Shown here: piece by piece, positions 1 to 14,007 of the stretch | How positions within the stretch are numbered: the first letter of the stretch is position 1 | Layout of the letters: every line of letters begins with the position of its first letter | Assembly (NCBI GenBank): GCA_000004695.1 | Contig: CM000153.2 | Span: forward strand, 1,120,001-1,184,000 | Length of the DNA: 64,000 nt | Reading direction: 5' to 3' | Source: Dictyostelium discoideum | Lineage: Eukaryota | Translations under genes and position numbers: made by a program | Notes under the pieces: generated by a model | What the model was told of the DNA's origin: nothing | Seen by the model: the letters and a program-made list of their open reading frames with translations, nothing else | Databases searched by the model: none

Positions 1-156
1 GAGTAAGAAAATAAAAAAAATAAAAATAAAAAAAATAAAAAAAAAAGTGAAAAAATGAAAAATAAAAAATTAAAAAAATAAAAAAAAAAATAAAAAAAGA
101 ATGACGTGCTTGACTCAACACTATTGAAAAAAGTTGGAAAACCACATAAAATTAAT

Positions 157-188
<32 letters not shown>

Positions 189-332
189 CTTCCCTTTTGA
201 CTCCTCTATGGATTAATTGAATTTTGGGTCCTAGATTTTTTTTTTTCTTTTTTTTTTATTATTATATACTATTTTGGATTTTTATTATATTTTATTTTTT
301 TTTTATGTTTTTTTTTCCATTATTTACTTATT

Positions 333-1659
<1,327 letters not shown>

Positions 1660-1772
1660 TTATTATTATTTATTAATATTATTGTTATTATTAAAAAAAG
1701 AAAAAGAAAAAGAAAATAGAAATTAAAAAAAAAAAAAAAAAAAAAAAAGAAAATAAAAAAATTAAAAATTAA

Positions 1773-1809
<37 letters not shown>

Positions 1810-1918
1810 ATCGTTTTTTCAAAATTCCTATAATTTTTAAATTTTTATTTTTTTTTTTTTTTTTTTTTAAATTACACACACAATTTTCTAGAAAAAGAAA
1901 AATAATAAAATAATAATA

Positions 1919-2338
1919 ATGTCAGATAATCCAAATCCAGTAATTTATGTTGATAATGAAAATTGTAAATCATTTGAAGATAATGAAAATTCATTCAATT
2001 CATCAAGATATTCAATTGAAGAAGATCAAATTGACGAATTCGATGAACAAGAGATATTCGATTTAGTTAGAAGTATAACAGATCCAGAACATCCATTAAC
2101 ATTGGAACAATTAAATGTGGTTAGAATTGAAAATGTTAATATCAATTTGGAAAATAGTTATATTTTACTATATTTCACACCAACAGTTCCACATTGTTCA
2201 ATGGCAAATTTAATTGGTTTATCAATTAAAGAGAAATTAGCAAGATCCTTACCAAAAAGATTTAAAGTTGATGTTATTGTTACTCCTGGTAGTCATTCTT
2301 CTGAATCTTCAGGTAAACTTTTTATTATTATTATTAAT

Positions 2339-2379
<41 letters not shown>

Positions 2380-2534
2380 ACTAATTATAATTTATTTTCT
2401 CTCTCTCTCTCTCTCTCTCCCTCAATATTCTATGTAATAGTAAACAAACAATTAAATGATAAAGAAAGAGTTTCAGCAGCATTAGATACAAGTTCTTCAA
2501 TTTTAACAATTGTAAATGAATGTATAAAGCAAAA

Positions 2535-2538
<4 letters not shown>
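1919..2538 (+). CDS. MIP18/FAM96/CIA2-family (DUF59) Fe-S assembly protein, 2 exons (1919..2312, 2441..2538)
   Basis: [16 protein letters not shown] is the hallmark DUF59/MIP18 motif. The donor is TCAG|GTAAAC (phase 1) and the acceptor is taatag|TA. Exon 2 encodes [33 protein letters not shown] (TC)9 tract lies in the intron. Confidence 0.8.
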
Positions 2539-2572
<34 letters not shown>

Positions 2573-2640
2573 ATAAATAGAAAAATAAAAATAAATTAAT
2601 TGTACATAGTAATTTTAAATAATAATAATAATAATTAAAA

Positions 2641-2720
2641 ACAAAAATTTGGGGGGAAGAGGGGAGAGACAGGGGGAGGTAGGGTCGTCCATCATCGGAC
2701 TTTTTTCCCCCTCCTCTCTA
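2641..2720. other. GC/G-rich inverted-repeat island in an AT-rich intergenic region
   Basis: ggggggaagaggggagagacagggggaggtagggtcgtccatcatcggacttttttccccctcctctctaaag. The G-rich arm and the CCCCCTCCTCTCT arm are partly complementary, and the element lies between two same-strand genes. Confidence 0.4.
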
Positions 2721-2898
2721 AAGTTTCACTGTTTAGAGATTTATTTTTTTTTTATTTTTTATTTTTTTTTTATTTTATTTTTTTTTTTATTTTTTTTTTT
2801 ATTTTTTTTATTTTAAAGTTCAATTTTGTTTTTTTTTTATTTTTTTTATTTTTTATTTTTTTATTCAAGCACATTTAATTTAAACACATTCATATTAA

Positions 2899-2992
2899 AT
2901 GTTAAGAAAAATGGAAACAGTTATTAAAGCACTTGCTGAAAATAAAATCTCTGATGTTATTTCTTTTACACCAAGTAAATATAAAAAATATT

Positions 2993-3023
<31 letters not shown>

Positions 3024-3829
3024 TTTTTAAAATATTCCCAATTTAAAACTATTATTAATATTATTATTATTTTATTAATCCAAAAATAAAAAATAAATAA
3101 ATAAATAAATAAATAAAAAAAGAGAAATTATTAACAGTTAAATACAATGGTAAAGAATTAAATATTAATGATACATTAACACCAACAATTGTCCAAAATA
3201 AACCACATGTATCATGGGATGCCAAAAATGATGAATTATATACTTTAATTTTTGATGACCCAGATGCACCAACCAGATCTGATCCAAAATTCGGTCAATG
3301 GAAACATTGGTTAGTAACCAACATTAAAGGTAATGATATTTCAACTGGTCAAGAATTAGCTGTAAGTACATATTCCTCCCCCCTCCCACCCCTTTCTATA
3401 TTATAAGATTTTAACTAATTAACTAATTAATCAATTAATTAATTAATTTTATTAGAAATACATTGGATCAGGTCCACCACCAAAAACTGGTTTACACAGA
3501 TACATTTTCATCTTATGTAAACAACCAGGTACTGAAAATATTGAATTCAAAGGAGAACATATTTTACCACTTTCGTAATTATTATTATTTTTTTTATTAT
3601 TATTATTATTTTTATTATTATTTATTATTATTATTATATTAATTAATTGGATTTTATAAATTTAAATAGAGCTGAATTAAGAAATAATTGGAATGCTGAA
3701 ACTTTCATTAAAAAATGGAATTTAGAACCAGAAGCTATCAACTTTTATCAAGCTGAATATGATGATTATGTTCCACAACTCTATGCCAAATTAGGTGAAA
3801 CTCAAGATAAACCAGTTGAAATTAAATAA
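2899..3829 (+). CDS. phosphatidylethanolamine-binding protein (PEBP/RKIP family), 4 exons (2899..2974, 3138..3361, 3456..3574, 3670..3829)
   Basis: DPDAPTRSDPKFGQWKHWLV and GSGPPPKTGLHRYIFILCKQ are the PEBP signature motifs. The donors are CCAA|GTAAAT, GCT|GTAAGT and TTTC|GTAATT. The acceptors are aacag, attag and aaatag. Confidence 0.85.
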
Positions 3830-4186
3830 ACAATTATTCAATATTCAACATTAACAAATAAGTAAATAAAGAAATTACCAAAAAATTTCCTTATTTGAAA
3901 ATAATAAATAAATTAATAAATAGATAATAATAAATAATAATTAAAAAAAGTGGGATGCGTATTTTTATTGAATTACTATCATTGTTTATAATAATAAGTT
4001 GTCGGTGTTGGTTGTTTAATTGATTGATTGATTGATTGTGTTGGTTGGTTGGGATTGTTTGATAAATTTAAATTGTTTCTGAAATATTATTTGTGTGTGT
4101 GTGGTGTATGTGTTATTCTATTCTATTCTATTATTATTTTTTTTTTTTTTATTATTTTATTTTATTTTATATTTTTTAAAGAATTT

Positions 4187-5447
<1,261 letters not shown>

Positions 5448-6398
5448 TTATGATGATGATGACGATGATGAGGATATTGTTGATGATGTTGATAATAAAT
5501 TAATCTGCTTTTTTTTGTTGTAGTCAAAAACAATGATTTTGAAATTTTAAAAAAAAAAATAAAAAAAAAAAAAAAAAAAATAAAATTTTTTTAAAAAAAA
5601 AAAAAATAAAAAAAAAATTCAAAAAAAAAAAAAAAAATTGAAAAATAAAAAAACATCCTCTGTCGGCTCATGAACATGAAAAAATAAATAAAAAAAAAAT
5701 GATTAAATAATAATCCATTGCACAAAATTCATTGTTTTAAATTTATATTTGCAAATTAAATTCTCAAATTTTAGTTTTTAATATTTTTAAAAATATAAAC
5801 TTTTAATTTTTTTTTTTTTTTTTAAAATGTTAAATTTTTAAAAATTATTTTATAAACCTTTTATTTTTTAAATTTTTTTTTTTTATTATGTATTTTGTAA
5901 ACCTTTTTTTTTTTTTTTTTTTTTTTATCTTTTAACACAAACCACACACACTTTTGTTTTGTATGTATATATATATTATATATATTTTTTTTTTCTTTTA
6001 CAAATAAAGTTTAGTAGATATAATTACAAATAAAAATAAAAAAATAAAAAAAAAAATAAAAAAAAAAAAAATGAAAAAAAAAAAACCTTTTAGAAATCAA
6101 AGTTCATTAATATTTTGTTGTTTTTAAAAGAAAAAATAAAAAAAAAAAAAAACATTAATAAAAAGGTAAATTTAATGTCACCAACAAATTACCATGTACA
6201 AATGAATCGTAAAATTTTATTTTGATATTTCCCAAAATGTGTCGCAATCTTTTTTTAAAATGATGATATTAAATAAAAAACAATAAAAAAACAATAAAAA
6301 AATAAAAACAAAACAAAACAAAACCAAAAAATCAGTTTTTTTTTTTTTTTATTTTTTTATTTTTTTTATTTTTTAATTTTAAAAAGTAATTTCAAAAA

Positions 6399-6432
<34 letters not shown>

Positions 6433-6532
6433 AAAAAAAAAAAAAATAACAAAATAAAAATAATTAATTATTTCATTTATTTATTTATTAATTAATTAAT
6501 TATAAAAAAAATAGAAAAAAAAAAAAAAAAGA

Positions 6533-7306
6533 ATGGAAGCTAAAACTCAATTTGAATTAATAACAATTAAAAGTGAAGATGGATTTGATGAAAACGAACT
6601 TTCAGTTTTATTAAAAAGTGATAGTGATTTTCATATGAATGGATTCATTTGGGGTCATTTGGCAGCAAAACATGTATATTCTAAATTAAATAGTAAATTG
6701 AAATCATTTGAACCAAAATCCAGATCAGAAATTAATGAAATGATTAAAGCAATTACAGCAGTGACCGAATTCATAGAAGTGCATTACTACCATGAAGAAG
6801 AGATAGCATGGAAGTTTTTAATTGAGCAACAGCAATGTCTATCGGAACCATTATTGACCATTGTCAAACCTCAACATACTCAATGGACTGAGATTAATAA
6901 TGAAATGAAGGATTTGGTGAAATCGTTGACTGAAAACCAAGAAATTAAAGATAAATCATCAAATGGATGGACTGAATCAATTTCAAAAGTGAAAGAAATC
7001 CTTCAAAAATTGACAGCTATGGTTTATAAAAGTTTTTATGATGAAGAAAGAATTATTATACCTGTTGTTTTAAGTTCAATCCCAAAGAGTAAACAAAATA
7101 AATTGGGTGAGAAAATGAATGAAACTATGAAAAATGCACCAACTTCTAAATTTGTTTTAGGTGCAATCTTGGATGTTTGCAAAACTAATAAAGATTTAGA
7201 TGAAAATGTTAAAAAGGCAATTCCATGGGCTGTTAGAAAAGTAATTTTCCCATTAGCTCTTGAAAAGAATTATAATTGGTTCTCAGAATTTGTTGAAATT
7301 AAATAA
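6533..7306 (+). CDS. hypothetical protein with hemerythrin/HHE-like motifs, single exon, 257 aa
   Basis: Clean 257-aa ORF. HYYHEEEIAWKFL and FYDEERIIIPVVL resemble the HxxxEE..LFP cation-binding motifs of hemerythrin-like domains. The assignment is tentative. Confidence 0.5.
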   Translation: MEAKTQFELITIKSEDGFDENELSVLLKSDSDFHMNGFIWGHLAAKHVYSKLNSKLKSFEPKSRSEINEMIKAITAVTEFIEVHYYHEEEIAWKFLIEQQQCLSEPLLTIVKPQHTQWTEINNEMKDLVKSLTENQEIKDKSSNGWTESISKVKEILQKLTAMVYKSFYDEERIIIPVVLSSIPKSKQNKLGEKMNETMKNAPTSKFVLGAILDVCKTNKDLDENVKKAIPWAVRKVIFPLALEKNYNWFSEFVEIK

Positions 7307-7845
7307 ATTTTTTTAAGAAATCTATTTTTATTTTTATTTTTGATTATTATTTTTTTTATTTATTTTAATTGTCTCTTTTTAGTACTATGGAAATGTTATC
7401 ATTTTTATTTTTTATTTTTTTATTTTTTTTTTATTTTTTTTTTTTAAAACTGGTTAAATTGATGTTATTTAAAACAAAATTAATTTTTTTTTCTTGTTTA
7501 GAATAAAAACAAAAAAAAAAATGTTTTGAATTAAAACAAAAAAAAAAAAAAAAATATCTTTTTTCGTGCATTTTCATGAAAAAAAAACAAGATTTTTTAA
7601 TTTTTTTGTTTTAATTCAAAATAAATAAACAGGGTAAATTAAACCAGGAATGAAAATTTTTGATGGGTGGAAAAAATAAAAAAAAAAAAAAAAAAAATGA
7701 ATTGAAAAATTAAACAGTAAAAAAAAAAAAAAAACCAAAAAAAAAAAAAAAAAAAAATTAATATCAACGAAAAATATTATTAAGTTAAAAAAGAAGAAAA
7801 TTAAACAAATTAAAAAAATCGAAAAACCAAATAAATATAATAAAA

Positions 7846-8197
7846 TAATTAATAAAATAAAACAGATTAATTAAAAATAAATAAATATATTAATATTTAA
7901 ATAAATTAATAAATATATAAATAAATAAATAAATAAATAAATAAAATTAATTAAAAAAATTAATAAATAAATAAATTAATAAATAAATAAATAATAAATA
8001 AACAAATAAACAAATAAATAAACAAATAAAATTAATTAAATAAAAATTAATAAAAAATAAATAAATTATAAAAAAAAAAAAAAATAAATAAATAAATAAT
8101 AAATAAACAAATAAACAAATAAATAAACAAATAAAATTAATTTAATAAAAATTAATAAAAAATAAATAAATTATAAAAAAAAAAAAATATATATATA

Positions 8198-8252
<55 letters not shown>

Positions 8253-8254
8253 AA
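7846..8254. repeat. (AAAT)n/(AAATA)n microsatellite block ending directly at an ATG
   Basis: About 400 nt of aaataaataaat units with interruptions. Confidence 0.9.
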
Positions 8255-8694
8255 ATGAAAATATTTAAAAAAGTATTTTTATTTATTTTAATGATAACGA
8301 TATCATTCCTAAATATAGTTAAATCTACAGAAATTGATGAAAATAATAATAATAATAATAATAATAATTCGACATCATCATCAGAAAAAATAATAAAAGG
8401 AAAAGAAGATGAGGAAGAATTAAAAAATGCATTTTCAAGTTCAGTAATACCACCAACTGATCATAATAGTGAATTAAGAAGGAAAAAAGTTATAGCATCA
8501 ACAATTACTTTATTTGCATTTATTATTTTAGTACTTATAGTTAGTATTGTGGTTCGTCATGTTTTAAAAAAAAAGAAAAGAACAAAAAATAATTTTATAT
8601 TTTTAGATGATCAAAGTTTAAATGATTGTAACATAGAATTAAATGTATCATCTGAATACTTTTGTGATGAAAATAAATTATTAACCACCCACGA

Positions 8695-8698
<4 letters not shown>
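8255..8698 (+). CDS. small predicted type I membrane protein (signal peptide, poly-N, one TM, basic tail)
   Basis: [24 protein letters not shown] looks like a signal peptide. [22 protein letters not shown] followed by [11 protein letters not shown] looks like a transmembrane helix with a stop-transfer. No homology assignment. Confidence 0.35.
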
Positions 8699-8736
<38 letters not shown>

Positions 8737-9042
8737 AATTAAAAAAAAAAAGAAATTTCATTTTTTAAACACTCCCTTTTTTTATTTTTTTTATATTTTA
8801 ATTTTTAATTTTTAATCCTTTTTGGTAAAAGGATAAAAATAAAATTTTATTTTTTATTTTTTACTTTTTTATATTTTATATTTTAATAAATTTAAATCAA
8901 ATTTAATTAAATTTAAATAATAACTACCAACACATTATAATTATAAATTAATTAATTATAAAAAATAAAATAAAATAAAATAAAACAAAAAATTTGTAAA
9001 AATAAATTAATAATTCATTTATTTTTTTATATTTTTATATAT

Positions 9043-9090
<48 letters not shown>

Positions 9091-9094
<4 letters not shown>

Positions 9095-9650
9095 ATATTT
9101 GAAATGAATAATAATGAAATGATTAATATGATTAAAATTGATAATAATAGATTTTGAAAGATATTTCTAGCATCAGAGTATTGATGAGTATCATCAGATT
9201 GAGTTAGATATTTGAATACTTTTGATATACCACTTTTACCATGGGTTGTAACATTGATAAATATGATTTCACCATTTTTAATATTATTAAATGTATTATT
9301 TGTTGCTTGAATAAAACATGTAATCATTGTATCATTAATATACTTTGGTTCATTACAATTTAAAATATCACTACCATTACCATTACTATTACTACCAACT
9401 ATTGTTACTTTATCAATTGGATAATAGAAATCATTACCAATAATTGTTAAAATACCTCCTTGTTTTAAATTAACAATACTAGTTTGATTAATTGGTGGTG
9501 ATTTATAGATTATATTAAATGTTGATACTATTTTATTATTATCATTATTACTAAATGATAATGTACAAGTTTTATCATTTGGACGATTTAATTTAATGTT
9601 GCATTCTATTGATGTACTATTATTTAATTTACATTCGTATCGAATAAGTT
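9091..9650 (-). CDS. 3' terminal exon of an IPT/TIG-domain cell-surface protein; upstream exons not resolved
   Basis: The open frame encodes ...CKLNNSTSIECNIKLNRPNDKTCTLSFSNNDNNKIVSTF...LTIIGNDFYYPIDKVTIVGSNSNG...ITCFIQATNNTFNNIKNGEIIFINVTTHGKSG... and ends in the C-terminal TM LLLSILIILIISLLFISNI*. This is the Ig-like/TIG fold topology with N-glycosylation sequons, as in Dictyostelium tgr-type proteins. A stop lies immediately upstream in frame, so an acceptor must sit near 9640-9660. Confidence 0.45.
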
Positions 9651-9845
9651 TGGAATCGATACATTTTTAAAAATTGGTATTAATTAATATTTTTTAAAAT
9701 TTAAATAAAAAAAAATAAAAATTGGTGTAAGTGGGTTTTAAGAACTTTTTTTCTATTTTTAACTTTGAATTGCATAATGATGTTTTAAATAGAAATGATA
9801 ACAATTTTTTTTTTTTTTTTTAATTTTTTTTTTTTTATTTTTTAA

Positions 9846-10278
<433 letters not shown>

Positions 10279-10787
10279 TAAAATAAAATTAATAGGCAAA
10301 ATTATCAATAATCTTTTATTACTATTTATTATTTATTATTTATTAACTTGTAGTTTTAAAATGATTAGATAAATCTTGGACATTGAATTTTTCCAAATTA
10401 AATCTTGTATTTATATAACTTTCAGGAATGATTGGATATAGATGGTTGACTCTTTTGTTTATTATATTGACCATTAAAAGTTGATAATAAATTATTTTGT
10501 TGTGATTGTTGTTGTAGTTGTTGTGCTTGTAATGCTGCTTTCTTTTTTAGTTAAAATTGTAATTGTTTGAACTGGTTGTTTTTGACTTTGATGCTGTTGT
10601 TGTTGTTGTTGTTGTCCTCTAGAGGTGAAGTAGGTGGAGAAATTGGATAAGGTGAATATTGATTATTTACCTGTAAATTATTAGTCTTATTTTTATTATT
10701 TGATTTTGGTGAAACATTTTATTGTTGTTGTTGTTGTTATTGTTGATTATTATTATTTGGTGTTTGAGGTTGTATTTGTTGCACCTG

Positions 10788-10979
10788 TTACCAATTGTTG
10801 GTAGGTGAATTGATTACCACCCATTCAATTTTACCAATTTCTTTTCTAGTACGTGGATAGAAGTAAGTCTCTTTGAAAACTTCACGAATTGCACAAACTG
10901 AATCGGGTTCATCCTTATTGACTTTACCTTTCGGGAAACCTATTGTTACTACCATTTCCCTTAAACGAATGTTGTTCAA
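10788..10979 (-). pseudogene. DCP2-like Nudix-box fragment with an internal deletion, embedded in decayed multi-frame low-complexity ORF pieces (about 10300-11200)
   Basis: GFPKGKVNKDEPDSVCAIREVFKET...YPRTRKEIGKIEWV matches the DCP2 Nudix box (GFPKGK..E..DCAIREV.EETGF) and Box-B (F.P.TR.EI..IEW). About 35 residues between them are missing. Stops and frame changes flank the fragment on both sides. Confidence 0.4.
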
Positions 10980-11709
10980 ATAATGCTTGATGATGGGGAT
11001 GCATATGAGGTGGCATTAACATACCATCTGACTCATGCATTGAATCCGTTTGTATGTGAATGAGGTGGTGCTGGTGCAAACATATTATTTGGTGGTTGCA
11101 TAAAATGATGTGGTGACATTATTTGTTGTGGTAGTGACTGTGGTTGAAATTGTTTCAAAATTAATAATTCAGAAGTAATGTTTATCGTCTTACTATTTTG
11201 GTATTTTTATATAATAATTTCAGTTTTTTTAAGTTTCATTAATTTTTATAATCTTATAAACACTTTTTTTTATATAAAAAGAAATTTAATTCTAAAAATG
11301 GTTATATACGATTAGAAATTAATTATCATAATAATAATAAAAAAAAAAAAAAAAAAAAAAATTATTAATAATTTTGAAAATAATAACAATTACAACAACA
11401 ACAACAAAAATAAAAATAATATAAACCAACCTCTACAATTACATTCATTGGTGATGATCTAATCATTAACAATTTGGGAAAAAAAAAAAAAAATGAATTA
11501 AAAAAAAAAAAAAAAATAAAAATAAAAATAATTGTGTTAATAAAATTATTATATCTTAAAATATGAAAAATAAAATTAAATAAATTAGATATCACCAACA
11601 AGAATTTAAACAAAAAAAAAAAAAAAAAAAAAAAAAAAATTAAAAAAAAAAAAATTTAATTATTATCAATTTAATAATAAATATCTTGAATTTAAAATTA
11701 TTTTATAAT

Positions 11710-11746
<37 letters not shown>

Positions 11747-12284
11747 GAATCAACCCAATTAATTTATTTTGGGTTAAATTTAAAAATAAAAAAAAAGAAT
11801 AATTGTGTATTATTATTTTTGTTTAGTTACTAATATATACTAATTACTTTAAAATATTGGGTGTAAATAATATTATCATAAAATTAAAAATAGAAATAAA
11901 AAAAAATAATTAAAATAAAAAAAAAAATAAAAAAAAATAAAAAAAAATAAAAAAAAAAATAAAAAAAATAAAAAAAAAAATACGTTTTCTATAACTGATA
12001 AACCAAAATCATTTTCAAATAAAATTTTCCAAAAAAAAAAAAAAAAAAAAATTCAAAATAAATTCAGAAAAAAATTAAAAAAAAAAAAAAAAAAAAATTC
12101 TGATAGTGTGCGACCACAGAATTTTATTTTTAATATTATTTTTATTTTTTTTTTTATATATTAATATCTCAAAAATATAAAACCAATAAAAAAAAAAAAA
12201 AAAAAAAAAAAAAATTAAAATTTTTATTTTTTATACAACCAAAACTATATAAATAAATATATATAAATATAATTACAATTTAAA

Positions 12285-13349
12285 ATGTACTCACCAGAAG
12301 ATTTAGAATATAGAGAACAACAACGTTTAAGTAAAGCATTACAAGGTAAATTAGGTGGTGCAAGCTCAAGAAAATCATGGGCACCAGTTGTAACAGGTAA
12401 ACCACAAACACATAGTGCACCAGTTAATAGTTCATTTGCATCAATTTCAATTTCAGATAAGCACCACGAATCACCATCAACAACAACATCATCACCATCA
12501 ACATCATCAGGTGTTGATAATAGTTCAATCTATCCAGGTGCAATCGTTGAGGATAAAGTTAAATCACAAGAAGCACACCGTTTGAAAAAGATGGGTCTTT
12601 CAACTGAAGAAGATGAATCAACCGCTCATATTCCAGCATATACTTCATTAAATTCATCATCCTCATCCACCATCTCAAAGAGTAATAGCAATCAAAGCCT
12701 TGCAAAGGAAACCAGTAGTAACAACCTCTTGCAATATCAATCACCAGTTAGAGTAGCCAGCTCAACATCATCTGAGAATTTAGTCGATAGTGCTTCCATT
12801 ATGAACAACGTTGATTCTCATACCTCTGAAGAGAAAATGAAGCAAGAGGCAAAGAGATTAGAAAGATGGGGTTTAAAGATTAACTCACCAACTGCTACCT
12901 CACCAAGCACTACCTCACCACCAGTCTCTAGTACCACTCCGGTTGCACCAGTGACTCCAACCGAACAATCTGTACCACAATCTCCATTCTCAACTGGTGC
13001 TGCCGTCTCTGTCAATCAAAGTCATAGCAATCTCCCAATCGCTACTACCCAACAATTCCTTGATCGTATCGTTCTCTCTGCTAAATCCGTTAAACAAATC
13101 ATTCAAAAGAAAACCTCTAATCGTGATATTGTCATCTCTATTCTCATGGATTTAGTAAAGGAATCTGCAAACTTTGGTATGACTCTCTCTTCAACTACCC
13201 CAATGTCTTTCGATATCTCTCAAAATGCTGGTAAACTCGCTGGTGCTGTCAATGAATTAGTTAAAGACACTGCTCACGAAAATAATAAAATCTTTGATGA
13301 AATTCAAGTACTCTTAGGTTTATTATATTTAGCTGTTGTTGCTAATTAG
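12285..13349 (+). CDS. Ser/Thr-rich hypothetical protein (354 aa) with codon usage typical of highly expressed genes
   Basis: Single clean ORF. Codon use is strongly biased to C-ending codons (ACC, TCC, ATC, CTC, GTC), which is unusual locally. It contains an internal duplicated motif: KSQEAHRLKKMGL and KQEAKRLERWGL. Confidence 0.6.
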   Translation: MYSPEDLEYREQQRLSKALQGKLGGASSRKSWAPVVTGKPQTHSAPVNSSFASISISDKHHESPSTTTSSPSTSSGVDNSSIYPGAIVEDKVKSQEAHRLKKMGLSTEEDESTAHIPAYTSLNSSSSSTISKSNSNQSLAKETSSNNLLQYQSPVRVASSTSSENLVDSASIMNNVDSHTSEEKMKQEAKRLERWGLKINSPTATSPSTTSPPVSSTTPVAPVTPTEQSVPQSPFSTGAAVSVNQSHSNLPIATTQQFLDRIVLSAKSVKQIIQKKTSNRDIVISILMDLVKESANFGMTLSSTTPMSFDISQNAGKLAGAVNELVKDTAHENNKIFDEIQVLLGLLYLAVVAN

Positions 13350-13892
13350 AGAAAAAAAAAAAAAAAAAAAAAAAAAATAATAAAAATAATAAAAATAAAA
13401 ACCATTAAAAATTTGTAAATTAAATGAAATAAGGTTTTTTTTTTTTTTTCTCTAAAAATAAATATGAAAATAAGTTTATTTTATTTTAATTAATAACTAC
13501 TTTTATAAATTAATTGTACAAATATAAAATAAAAGATTAATTAAAATAATTTATATTGTTTATTTTTTTTTTTTTTTTTTCAATTATTTTTATTTTAAAA
13601 TTAAAAGTTAATTATTAATAATTTATAGATAATATAAAATAAAATAAAATAAAAGAAAATTTATTTAAAGAGAGAAAGTAAAATTTATTAATGAATGGGA
13701 GTTGTCAATTATTATTTTTTTCTTTTTTTTTGGGAAGATATTTTATTTATCCAAAATTATAATGAAAATTTAAATTTGGTAAGATTTAAGGAAAAAAAAA
13801 ATAAAAAAAAAGAAAATTTAATTAATTAATAAATATAACGCTCCTTTACTTTTTAAATTATTAATAATTATTTCTCAAAAAATAACGAATTG

Positions 13893-13924
<32 letters not shown>

Positions 13925-14007
13925 TTTTCTTTTTAGCACATCAAAAAGTTATCGTTTTTTTTTTTTTTATTTTTTTTTATTTGTTTTTATTTTCAATAAA
14001 GAAAGAA

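Noticed and set aside
13981-14007. Track start of the DUS ORF at 13981 (MFLFSIKKE...) and similar M-initial ORFs at 10979, 20317, 38428, 41832 and 29720
   Set aside because: These begin at TTG/GTG or lie upstream of the first ATG in the frame. The track evidently allows alternative start codons. True starts were taken from the first ATG with an A-rich context or from splice evidence.
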